DNA from: an archaeon
Lineage (GTDB): Archaea; Nanobdellota; Nanobdellia; Pacearchaeales; GW2011-AR1
DNA: 64,000 nt
Direction: 5' to 3'
Assembly: GCA_030605415.1 (NCBI GenBank)
Contig: JAUWIJ010000001.1
Coordinates: forward strand, 91,514 to 155,513
In this document: in pieces, positions 55,738 through 64,000 of the stretch
Layout: each line of letters starts with the position of its first letter
Numbering within the stretch: position 1 is the stretch's first letter
Notes under the pieces: model-generated
What the model was told of the DNA's origin: nothing
The model's database searches: none
What the model saw: only the letters and a program-made list of their open reading frames with translations
Position numbers and translations under genes: made by a program

Positions 55738-57156
55738 ATGGAACAATTCAAAGATTTAGGTCTTTGCGAACATGTTTTGAAAGTAGTTTCAAATAAAAAG
55801 TTCGAAAAGCCTAGCGAGATTCAGAAGAAGACGATACCGTTAATTCTTGAAGGAAAGGATGTCATAGCTGGCTCAGCGACGGGTTCGGGTAAAACTTTGG
55901 CATTTGGTGCCGGAATAATTAAAAATGTAGAGAAGAATGAAATCATCAATGGATTAATTTTAACACCAACTCGTGAACTAGCTGAACAGGTTGCTGGTGC
56001 CATAGAAGAATTCGCTTATTATAAAAAACTGGAAGTTGTCTCGGTATACGGCGGTGTATCCATGGTAAACCAAATTAAAAAATTGGCTTATGCTGATATT
56101 GTTGTTGCAACACCCGGTCGTTTACTTGATCACATAAGAAACAATTCCATTAATTTAAACAAGGTTAAATTTTTAGTCTTAGATGAAGCAGACAGAATGT
56201 GGGATATGGGATTCAAAAATGATGTTTCTAAAATCGTAAACGCATGTCCAAAAAATAAACAAACCCTTTTGTTTTCAGCGACGATTAGTGGAGAGTTAGC
56301 AGATTTTGCAGAAAAACACATGAAGTCGCCGATTGAAATTTCAGTTGAAAATTATGTCGATACTTCAAAATTAAAGCAAATCTATTACGATGTTAGGGAC
56401 GATGAAAAATTTTCGCTATTGGTTCACTTGTTAAAAACCAAGAAGCCATATTTATCTATGATTTTTTGCAATACTCGTAGAAATGTTGATTTTGTTGCAA
56501 AAAACTTGAAAGAAAATGGAATCAATACGCAGGCGATTCATGGCGGAATGGAGCAAAATAAAAGGACCCGTGTCTTGAAGAGTTTTGATAGTGCGCAAAC
56601 CAACGTTTTAGTTTGCACCGACGTTGCCGCGAGAGGATTGGATATTCAGGGAGTTTCACATATTTATAATTATGACTTACCAAAAGATGCCAACGATTAC
56701 ATCCACAGAATCGGACGAACTGCACGAGCCGGTGCCGAAGGTATTGCAGTAAATATTTTAGCAAGCAGAGACTACAATAGCTTTTCAAATATTTTAAAAC
56801 ATAATGAGGGACTATCCGTCAAGAGAGAAATGACACCAAGGTTCGAGAAAATTTATGTTAAATTCGATACACCAAGAAGAGAGAGTGGATTTCGTGGCAG
56901 AGGAAGACCGGTAAGAAATGCTTCAAGAGGTGGACGAAATAACAGCAGAAGTCCAAGAAGAAACATTCCCGCCGGCGGAATTCGAAGACCTGCCGGAAGA
57001 GACACAAGAGGCCCAAATAGAAGACACATAAACAAAAGAAGCGATTCAAGTTCTCCGAAGAGTAGAGGTGGATATAGAGACAAGAGAGGTGCTTCAGATT
57101 CTCCGAGGAGTAGAAGTAGGGTTAGAAGTGATGGGCAAAGGGCGAGGAGAAGGTAG
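55738..57156 (+). CDS. DEAD-box RNA helicase (CshA/RhlE-like) with Arg/Gly-rich tail
   Basis: Q motif, ATGSGKT, PTRELA, TPGRL, DEAD, SAT, ARGLD, HRIGRTAR. ATG at 55738. Confidence 0.96.
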   Translation: MEQFKDLGLCEHVLKVVSNKKFEKPSEIQKKTIPLILEGKDVIAGSATGSGKTLAFGAGIIKNVEKNEIINGLILTPTRELAEQVAGAIEEFAYYKKLEVVSVYGGVSMVNQIKKLAYADIVVATPGRLLDHIRNNSINLNKVKFLVLDEADRMWDMGFKNDVSKIVNACPKNKQTLLFSATISGELADFAEKHMKSPIEISVENYVDTSKLKQIYYDVRDDEKFSLLVHLLKTKKPYLSMIFCNTRRNVDFVAKNLKENGINTQAIHGGMEQNKRTRVLKSFDSAQTNVLVCTDVAARGLDIQGVSHIYNYDLPKDANDYIHRIGRTARAGAEGIAVNILASRDYNSFSNILKHNEGLSVKREMTPRFEKIYVKFDTPRRESGFRGRGRPVRNASRGGRNNSRSPRRNIPAGGIRRPAGRDTRGPNRRHINKRSDSSSPKSRGGYRDKRGASDSPRSRSRVRSDGQRARRR

Positions 57157-57227
57157 TAGGTTTTGAAGAGATGTATTGGATTACAAAAAATAAGAAGATA
57201 TTTAAGGAAGCAAAGATTTGATTTTTT

Positions 57228-57842
57228 ATGGTAAGAATTTGTGTTTGGGGAGATAGTATAACTTATGGAGCCAGCGATAGCGAAAAGGGTGGATGGGTTA
57301 ATCGCTTGAATCTTTCTTTTGGAGGAAAAGACGAGGATATAAATGTTTACAATGTTGGGATTTCTGGAGATAGAACTTATGATTTAATTGAAAGATTTGA
57401 GATTGAATGCAAAAAGAGAAATCCGGATTTAATTTTGTTTGCTATTGGAACAAACGATTCTCAGTATACAGGAAATAGAGATAACCCTAGTACATCTTTA
57501 GAGAAATTCAGAGATAATTTACAATGGTTAATTGATAGTGCAAAAAAATATTCCGACAAAATTGGTTTTGTTGGATTAACCAGAGTAGATGAATCGAAAG
57601 TTATGCCGATTCCTTGGAGAGAAAATACATATTATGACAATGAGAATATAGAGAAATACGATTTGATAATAAAGGATGTTTGTATATCAAACAAAATTTT
57701 TTACCTGCATATGCTTGACTTACTAAATAATAGTTTACTTAATGATGGTTTACATCCAAATAGTTTGGGACACGAAAAAATGTTTTTGAAGATTAAAGAT
57801 TTCATTGTAGGTATGATGACAACCGACATTAAATCACAATAA
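57228..57842 (+). CDS. SGNH/GDSL hydrolase
   Basis: WGDSITYG, GISG, IGTND and DGLHP (blocks I, II, III, V). Confidence 0.92.
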   Translation: MVRICVWGDSITYGASDSEKGGWVNRLNLSFGGKDEDINVYNVGISGDRTYDLIERFEIECKKRNPDLILFAIGTNDSQYTGNRDNPSTSLEKFRDNLQWLIDSAKKYSDKIGFVGLTRVDESKVMPIPWRENTYYDNENIEKYDLIIKDVCISNKIFYLHMLDLLNNSLLNDGLHPNSLGHEKMFLKIKDFIVGMMTTDIKSQ

Positions 57843-57873
57843 TAATTATAAAGAAGTTTTCGCGTTTTGGTTT

Positions 57874-59604
57874 ATGAAAGAAAAGTTGATAAAATTTATT
57901 TTGGAAAATAATCTGTCGCCGTTCGGCTCTGGTAAATCCTTAATTAAAAGTAGTGGCAATTCTATTTACAAAACGCGGGATGCAAAAGCGATTCATGCAA
58001 AAGTTTTGTCTAAAATTTCCTCGAAGTTTGTTTTCAGCGAAACTGCCAATCTTTGGAATTGTTTTGATTTTACTGACAATATAAATACAATTCAGCAAAG
58101 ACAGGAATTTTTTAGGAGTTTGAATTTGAAAGATTCGGAATTTTTGAAAGAAATCGATAAACCAAGAGCAAGTTGGAAACCGCGTTATGATATCGTCGCT
58201 GTTACCGAGGACGAATCAACTTTCATCGCATTGAATAAATTAGGATGCGGAGCACAGTTATTAGTTTCAGAAAACGACGTAATGGATTTAGAACGGTACG
58301 ATATTATTCAGGTCGTCGATTGCAGTGATTTTAAAATTTTATTAGAACGATTACCTCAGAGCGTTTTTGTAGATTCAATTGAAAATATTTATCTTGAAAG
58401 ATACCTTGAAAAGTTGTCGGGATGGCGAGAGAATTTTGCCGTTTTAAATAGAAGCGATGTATCAGAAAATATACGAAGTTTGTTGAAAGAAATTGAACCG
58501 ATGTTTAACTTACTGGAAAATAAAGAAGGAAAAATTATTACAGAAAGTGAAGTTGAACGAATTGTAGAAGAAGTCAATGAAGTCGTTGCTGGAAAAATTA
58601 AAGAGATGACAATTTCGGGTGAGGGATTAATGAAGATATTGTCGGAAGGAAAAATGCCGCCTAATATTTTAGAGATTGTTCGTGGAGCGATTGAAGCATC
58701 GGGTTTGTCAGAGCATATTTTTAATTTGCAAATTCCGGTGACGATTGATTACAAAGAACTAGAAGAGCAAATTAAACGACAAAGTGCTTCGGAGTTTACA
58801 GATTTGGCTGAGAGGATAAAGCGAAGTGCGGAGGAGCTAAAAAAAGTATCTGGAATTTTAGATAGACTTTCAGCGTTGTTATTAGTTGAGGATTTTTGTA
58901 TGGAAGTTTCGCAATGGATTAATTCAGGCAGTGAAAATAAAGAAAAACAATATCCGACTCATTCGAAAAATTTACATTTTAGCGATGCATCAAATATGTT
59001 TCTGGATAACGCACAGTCAATTAGTTTTCAATTAGATAATTTTAATCGATGTTCAATTTTAACTGGAGCTAATTCCGGCGGGAAGACAACTTTGTTGGAA
59101 CACGTGCTACAAGACATCAGTTTATTTCAGTTGGGATTACCTGTTTGCGGAGAAATTCATTTACCGATGTTTACCGATGTTTATTATTTTGCGAAGAGTA
59201 AAGGCTCGACTTCGAAGGGAGCGTTTGAAACTTTATTGACGCAAATGTCTAAAATTCAACCTGGAAATAAAACACTAATCCTTGCAGACGAAATTGAGGC
59301 CGTGACTGAGCCGGGTGTTGCAGGAAAAATAATTTCAGCGACAGCAGAATTTTTTATTGAAAAAAATTGCTTTATGATTCTGGCAACGCACCTCGGAGCG
59401 GAAATCCAAAAAAACTTACCCAACGGAGCAAGAATTGATGGGATTGAAGCAAAAGGACTTGACGAAAATTTTAATCTAATTGTAAACCATAATCCTGTTC
59501 TCGGCAGATTGGCACATTCAACGCCCGAACTAATTGTCGAAAGAATGGCAAATAACTATCCCGAAGAATATTTTAAACATTTACATGAAAAGATGAAAAG
59601 TTAG
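57874..59604 (+). CDS. MutS-family ATPase lacking mismatch-binding domain (MutS2/MutS5-like)
   Basis: LTGANSGGKTT, KGAFE, LILADEIE and ILATHLG: MutS domain V motifs. No GxFYE motif seen. Confidence 0.8.
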   Translation: MKEKLIKFILENNLSPFGSGKSLIKSSGNSIYKTRDAKAIHAKVLSKISSKFVFSETANLWNCFDFTDNINTIQQRQEFFRSLNLKDSEFLKEIDKPRASWKPRYDIVAVTEDESTFIALNKLGCGAQLLVSENDVMDLERYDIIQVVDCSDFKILLERLPQSVFVDSIENIYLERYLEKLSGWRENFAVLNRSDVSENIRSLLKEIEPMFNLLENKEGKIITESEVERIVEEVNEVVAGKIKEMTISGEGLMKILSEGKMPPNILEIVRGAIEASGLSEHIFNLQIPVTIDYKELEEQIKRQSASEFTDLAERIKRSAEELKKVSGILDRLSALLLVEDFCMEVSQWINSGSENKEKQYPTHSKNLHFSDASNMFLDNAQSISFQLDNFNRCSILTGANSGGKTTLLEHVLQDISLFQLGLPVCGEIHLPMFTDVYYFAKSKGSTSKGAFETLLTQMSKIQPGNKTLILADEIEAVTEPGVAGKIISATAEFFIEKNCFMILATHLGAEIQKNLPNGARIDGIEAKGLDENFNLIVNHNPVLGRLAHSTPELIVERMANNYPEEYFKHLHEKMKS

Positions 59605-59616
59605 TTTGAAATAAAG

Positions 59617-60408
59617 TTACGCTTTCTTCTTTTTTGCCAATCTTCTTTCTACAAAAACTAAAACAGTCAAAATTCCTACTACTAAAACAAAGACTAAAGA
59701 AAGGGGCAGTTTACTTAGAGAGATGGGCTGGCTATCTTCATTTGCTGGGTCGCTCACTCCTGCGAATCCAGTATATCCCACTAAATCTCTATCTATTGCA
59801 CCTACAACATTCCCTGTTCCAAATAATTGCACGTTTTCTCTCTTGATTGTGGTTGTCCCGTCTGTAACTTCAATATTATAAATTCCGTCCGCAGAAATTA
59901 ACTTCAGAATTTTTTCATCCCCCGCTTTAATATTCTGAGCGTAAGTATTTGTTTTATCGCCAATCATAATTTGTATTGTTTTTACATAACGAACATTCCC
60001 TGTGTTTCTAATTATTAATTTGTCATTTTCAATTATGAATTGCACTTCCGATTTTTCTCCGACAAGAAAAGTTCTTTCAACTTTTGAATCAGAATAATTT
60101 GCCACGATTGTCCATAGCCCACTCAGAAAATCTTCTTCTACTTTTATTGATACATCCTCGTTGGAATTTGCCTTCCCGACAATTTCTTTTTTCCCTAATG
60201 CATCAGATATTTTGTAGTAGACTTGTTGACTTATCGGAACTCCCTCGTCTAAAAGAATTACTTTGAACACAATTTCTTCTCCTATATTATATTCCTCACT
60301 ATTTAAGCCCGAAATATCTATAGAATATTCTTGTGCGGATACTGTTGAGAAAGTCAAAAATAAAACAAAAAGCATTCCGGCCAAGAACCTTAAATTATCA
60401 CCCCTCAT
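59617..60408 (-). CDS. membrane-anchored surface protein (Ig-like beta domains)
   Basis: Signal peptide, beta-rich body, C-terminal TM helix followed by KKKA. Confidence 0.7.
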   Translation of the reverse strand: MRGDNLRFLAGMLFVLFLTFSTVSAQEYSIDISGLNSEEYNIGEEIVFKVILLDEGVPISQQVYYKISDALGKKEIVGKANSNEDVSIKVEEDFLSGLWTIVANYSDSKVERTFLVGEKSEVQFIIENDKLIIRNTGNVRYVKTIQIMIGDKTNTYAQNIKAGDEKILKLISADGIYNIEVTDGTTTIKRENVQLFGTGNVVGAIDRDLVGYTGFAGVSDPANEDSQPISLSKLPLSLVFVLVVGILTVLVFVERRLAKKKKA

Positions 60409-60483
60409 AAGAAATTAAAATAGAATATCTATTTAAATGTTTTGATAGAAAATATTTAAATAGTAATGGTATTACATTGATAT

Positions 60484-63400
60484 ATGAGGGATAAAAAATT
60501 TTTAGTGATAACTATGGGACTATTCATAGTCGGCATTTTCATTTTCTCGACAATGTATTCTGGTTTCGATTTTAAATTGACAGGACACGCTATTTTTGAA
60601 AATGATGAACAAGTCGAATTTGATTTGGGAACATACGATAATACCGAGTGGAATGGAAGTGCAGTTACCTTAGATTCTGGTCAGGTTTCTGGAACATACA
60701 CAAGTCGAATTTTTGATGCAGGCAGCAAGGCGGATTGGAATGAGTTAACTTGGGAAGGGGAAACATCCATAGACTCTGATTCTTTTTTAACATCTGCAAT
60801 ACATGAAGGAGATAATGCAACAGAAGTTTTTGTTTTAGATGAAATATATTATTTAGCAGACATGAAAGATTCTTTCAAAAATATTTATCTTAATTTTTCA
60901 GACAATTTGATTAACAACTCTGTTTTGAAAATATATGCCAAGAAAGATAATGGAGTAACAATCGGTGTATATTCATCGTCTGATTCTTCAGGAACTAATC
61001 CCCTTGAAACATTTACAATTTTATCTGAAACAGGAGAATGGTACAACATAACTCTAAATATAACTACTTTAACAAATTCTATTTGGATAGGCGAAGGTGC
61101 CGGGAGCGGAACAGACCCCAAAGATTATTTTGATTATATTTATGCAGAAATTCCTGGAACCAACTTATCTTTCCAAATAAAAAATTGTTCTTCTTCCGAC
61201 TGCAGTGACGGGACATGGCAAGATGCAGATTTGGCTAATTTAAATTTGCAGTCGAGATATTTTCAATATAGGGTCGATTTTACCACGCCCGACTCAAACA
61301 CAAGTCCAGCCTTAACGAGTGTCAATATCGATTACGATTTATTAGATTCATTTCCTCCGCAAATTTCTTTTTCGTCTTCAACAACTGCAACAGGAGAGTA
61401 TAATCAAGAAAATATTTTTATTGATGTTGAGGTTGCAGATGAAAACCAGATTTATAGTTTTATTAATTTTGATAACTCCCTTGTTGGTTTTTGGAAAATG
61501 AATGATACTGGAAATGTGGCTAAAGATTATTCGGGATATGGGAATGATGGAGCTATTAATGGCTCAGGTTCCACAGCTGGAAAGTTTGGCGGTGCCCTAA
61601 GTTTTGATGGGACTGAGGTAATAGAAATACAACATCATGCTTCTATCAGTATCAACACACCATATTCTATAAGTGCTTGGATAAAACCAAGTGATGTAAG
61701 TGGGATGAATATAATAACTTCTAAAGATGAAGCAGTTTGGGAAATGATGATGCTGATTTCTAATGGAGGACTTTATGTTGGTTTTGAAAATTGCGCGGAT
61801 GATAATTTCTTAGGTTTGGGGGGAATAATTACAGTTGATAATTGGCAACATATTGTTTATATTTATAATGGAAGCAGAGTATTGGGTTATATAAATGGAG
61901 TTGAAGTTATTAATGCTGATGGCTCTGGGACACCATGTGTTAGCGGGTATTCATTAGGAATTGGAGATTCTAAACATGGTATATCATACCCTTTTAACGG
62001 CGTAATTGACGAAGTTCTTATTTTTAATAGAGTTTTATCCTCTGCTGAAATTTCTGCTTTATATTCTTCAAGTTCTTATGCCAATAATTTTACCAGTTTA
62101 GAAGATGAAAGTTATGAGTTTTATTCTTATGTTCAAGATACTTCTGGAAATGAAAATCAGACAGAAACAAGGACGGTTAATTTAGTTAGCAATGTTGCTC
62201 CATCAATAACTTTGGTTGAGCCACAAAATATTTTATATGTGACAAATGAATCTCTTGCTTTAGATTTTTTTGCTTCAGATAGTGATGGCAACTTAGATTC
62301 ATGCTGGTATAATTTAGATAATGGAAAAAATATAACTCTAGAAAATTGCACAAATACAACTTTTAATGTTCCCATGGATGGGACTTATATAATTAATCTG
62401 TTTGCAAATGATAGCGAGGAATTAGAGAAAAGTGATAGTGTTAGTTTTAATGTTGATGTAACTGGAGTTTCAGTGGCTCTTTCTGAACCAACAGAAACAA
62501 AATCATCAAGAGTAAATATCCCATTAATTTTTACAGCGACTGGAAACAATTTAATTTGCTGGTATAATTTACAAACATCTATTGGAGGAAGTGTTATTGA
62601 AAATACAACTCTTGGGAATTGCTCAAATTCAAGTTTTGATGTTTCTGCTGACGGGGATTATGTTTTAAATTTATATGCGAATAATACTTTGGGTTCTTCT
62701 GATTTTGATAGTTCTGGATTTTCTGTTGATACATCTTCTGGGAATACCGTTGTGATTAGTAGTAGCGGCGGAGGAAGCAGCGGCGGAGGAAGTATTATTA
62801 TTCCTCGCGTTTCTAATCTTGCAACATTGGAAATTGAAAAAATTGATGTAGTTGCCTCAGTAGGAGAGGAAAAAAATTTATTGGTTAATGTAAAAAATGC
62901 GGGTGGTGTCTCAGCCAACAAATGTAGTTTAGTTGCTGGAGAGGGTTACGAAGAATATATTGATTCTAGTGATTTACTTAATATTGGCGTCGGTGAAATT
63001 GTAGAGTTTATGTTTGTACTTAATGTTTTGGACGAAGACGCCGAAGAATTAGGCTTGAGTGTTAAGTGTTTAGAAAATATTTCCGCAGAGGTTCCGATAG
63101 AAATAATTATTTGGAAACCAGATTTAGACGTTTCAATTGTTGAGATTTCTTTCAAATCTGACGACAAACTTTTAGTTGCGTATAACATTGAACCCACAGA
63201 TAATTCTACCCGTTCTTTACTTTTTAAGATTTTAAATTCAGATGGTGAAGTCGTTGCAGAAATTTCTAAAGATGTTGAATTAATTTTTGGCCAACTTTAT
63301 ACTGGCGAAATTCTAATTGATATTTCTGATGTCGAAGAGGGAATGTTAAAAGTTGCAATTACAGATAAGAATAAAGTTAATTTTATCGAAGAGAATTTTG

Positions 63401-63540
63401 TTTATGGCAGAAGCCCAGGCATAACCGGGTTTTCTTTAGCTAACTTGGACGCCGAATCTTCTTACATTGGAATTATTCTTGTCTTATTTTTGGTTTTAAC
63501 AATCTTTCTGGTAATCCGAATTTGGAAGTTAAGGAAATAA
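60484..63540 (+). CDS. large surface protein with LamG-like jellyroll and Ig-like domains
   Basis: N-terminal TM; LVGFWKMND...GKFGGALSFDG...WQHIV...FNGVIDEVLIFNRVLS.EI (LamG_3 pattern), SSSGGGSSGGGS linker, C-terminal TM anchor. Confidence 0.85.
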   Translation: MRDKKFLVITMGLFIVGIFIFSTMYSGFDFKLTGHAIFENDEQVEFDLGTYDNTEWNGSAVTLDSGQVSGTYTSRIFDAGSKADWNELTWEGETSIDSDSFLTSAIHEGDNATEVFVLDEIYYLADMKDSFKNIYLNFSDNLINNSVLKIYAKKDNGVTIGVYSSSDSSGTNPLETFTILSETGEWYNITLNITTLTNSIWIGEGAGSGTDPKDYFDYIYAEIPGTNLSFQIKNCSSSDCSDGTWQDADLANLNLQSRYFQYRVDFTTPDSNTSPALTSVNIDYDLLDSFPPQISFSSSTTATGEYNQENIFIDVEVADENQIYSFINFDNSLVGFWKMNDTGNVAKDYSGYGNDGAINGSGSTAGKFGGALSFDGTEVIEIQHHASISINTPYSISAWIKPSDVSGMNIITSKDEAVWEMMMLISNGGLYVGFENCADDNFLGLGGIITVDNWQHIVYIYNGSRVLGYINGVEVINADGSGTPCVSGYSLGIGDSKHGISYPFNGVIDEVLIFNRVLSSAEISALYSSSSYANNFTSLEDESYEFYSYVQDTSGNENQTETRTVNLVSNVAPSITLVEPQNILYVTNESLALDFFASDSDGNLDSCWYNLDNGKNITLENCTNTTFNVPMDGTYIINLFANDSEELEKSDSVSFNVDVTGVSVALSEPTETKSSRVNIPLIFTATGNNLICWYNLQTSIGGSVIENTTLGNCSNSSFDVSADGDYVLNLYANNTLGSSDFDSSGFSVDTSSGNTVVISSSGGGSSGGGSIIIPRVSNLATLEIEKIDVVASVGEEKNLLVNVKNAGGVSANKCSLVAGEGYEEYIDSSDLLNIGVGEIVEFMFVLNVLDEDAEELGLSVKCLENISAEVPIEIIIWKPDLDVSIVEISFKSDDKLLVAYNIEPTDNSTRSLLFKILNSDGEVVAEISKDVELIFGQLYTGEILIDISDVEEGMLKVAITDKNKVNFIEENFVYGRSPGITGFSLANLDAESSYIGIILVLFLVLTIFLVIRIWKLRK

Positions 63541-63628
63541 TAAATTTTTAAAGTCATTTTGTTTTGTTATTTTATGATTAGAGTAATATTAAAAATATTT
63601 CACGTACCCATTTTCGGAGGATTTAAAA

Positions 63629-64000
63629 ATGGTTAGAGTACGTTATAGTTTTGGTTGTCGGCATACCGGTCGAATTGAAAACATCAAGAAGCAGAGGGGA
63701 AAGTATCCCGACGTAATAAGGGATGTAGTTCGGATTTCGGATATTGTACTGGAGGTTTTGGACGCGCGATTTATTGAGGAGACGCGGAACCTGGAAATTG
63801 AAAAAGATATTTTAGATAAAAATAAAATTTTGGTTTATATTCTAAATAAGATAGATTTAGTCGATGCTGATAAAATTAAGAAAACTTTGCCGAAATGGAT
63901 GAAGCCGTATGTTTTGGTTTCGGCGACGAAGGGAGCCGGTTTGAAAGATTTGAAAGCGCGAATTAAAATGGAGGCGAAGCGGATTTTGGCTTTGCGGACT
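63629..64000 (+). CDS. circularly permuted GTPase (YlqF/RbgA/GNL family), 3'-truncated by the window edge; absent from the ORF track
   Basis: Hand translation: ...SDIVLEVLDARF..TRN...ILNKIDLV...VSAT.G.G (G4 NKxD first, then G5). GGAGG SD; no stop before 64000. Confidence 0.85.
   Translation, partial: MVRVRYSFGCRHTGRIENIKKQRGKYPDVIRDVVRISDIVLEVLDARFIEETRNLEIEKDILDKNKILVYILNKIDLVDADKIKKTLPKWMKPYVLVSATKGAGLKDLKARIKMEAKRILALRT

Noticed and set aside
62761-62790. AGCGGCGGAGGA repeats as a DNA element
   Set aside because: They simply encode the SSSGGGSSGGGS linker common in archaeal surface proteins.

Overview
64 kb of an AT-rich archaeal genome, most likely a DPANN Nanoarchaeota-like lineage (Pacearchaeota/Woesearchaeota-like). 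This rests on archaeal-type GluRS, uL16/L10e, L35Ae, TATA-box promoters (TTTATAAA/TTTAAATA) and GGAGG(TGA) Shine-Dalgarno sites; the taxonomy is inference. Housekeeping genes (gltX, ppsA, rpl10e, rpl35ae, tRNA-Val(TAC), DEAD-box helicase, MutS-like ATPase, partial YlqF-type GTPase) alternate with accessory blocks. (i) A defence island at about 5.7-17.2 kb: a Cas4-like nuclease, a type I R-M system split into convergent hsdR and hsdM/hsdS units, and PIN, NYN, DUF4238, SNase-like and RadC cargo. (ii) A six-gene tailoring cluster at 21.2-26.0 kb: GT2, two radical SAM enzymes, dTMP-kinase-like, NUDIX, methyltransferase. (iii) The strongest candidate for a novel system, at 26.7-28.7 kb: a translationally coupled three-gene operon of an anSME-type radical SAM/SPASM enzyme, a 112-aa peptide with nine [Y/H]-x-[D/E] motifs after a Gly-Gly site, and a C39-like Cys peptidase, i.e. 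a putative archaeal RiPP (triceptide/cyclophane-like) pathway. (iv) An MNT-HEPN pair with a frameshifted HEPN gene. (v) An island of small secreted/membrane paralogs at 42-46 kb. A dispersed heptamer-based repeat family (CAGAACT)n occurs four times, twice in-frame inside proteins. Several genes carry in-frame tandem duplications. No CRISPR array, integrase or transposase was seen. All family calls come from motif reading, not database searches.
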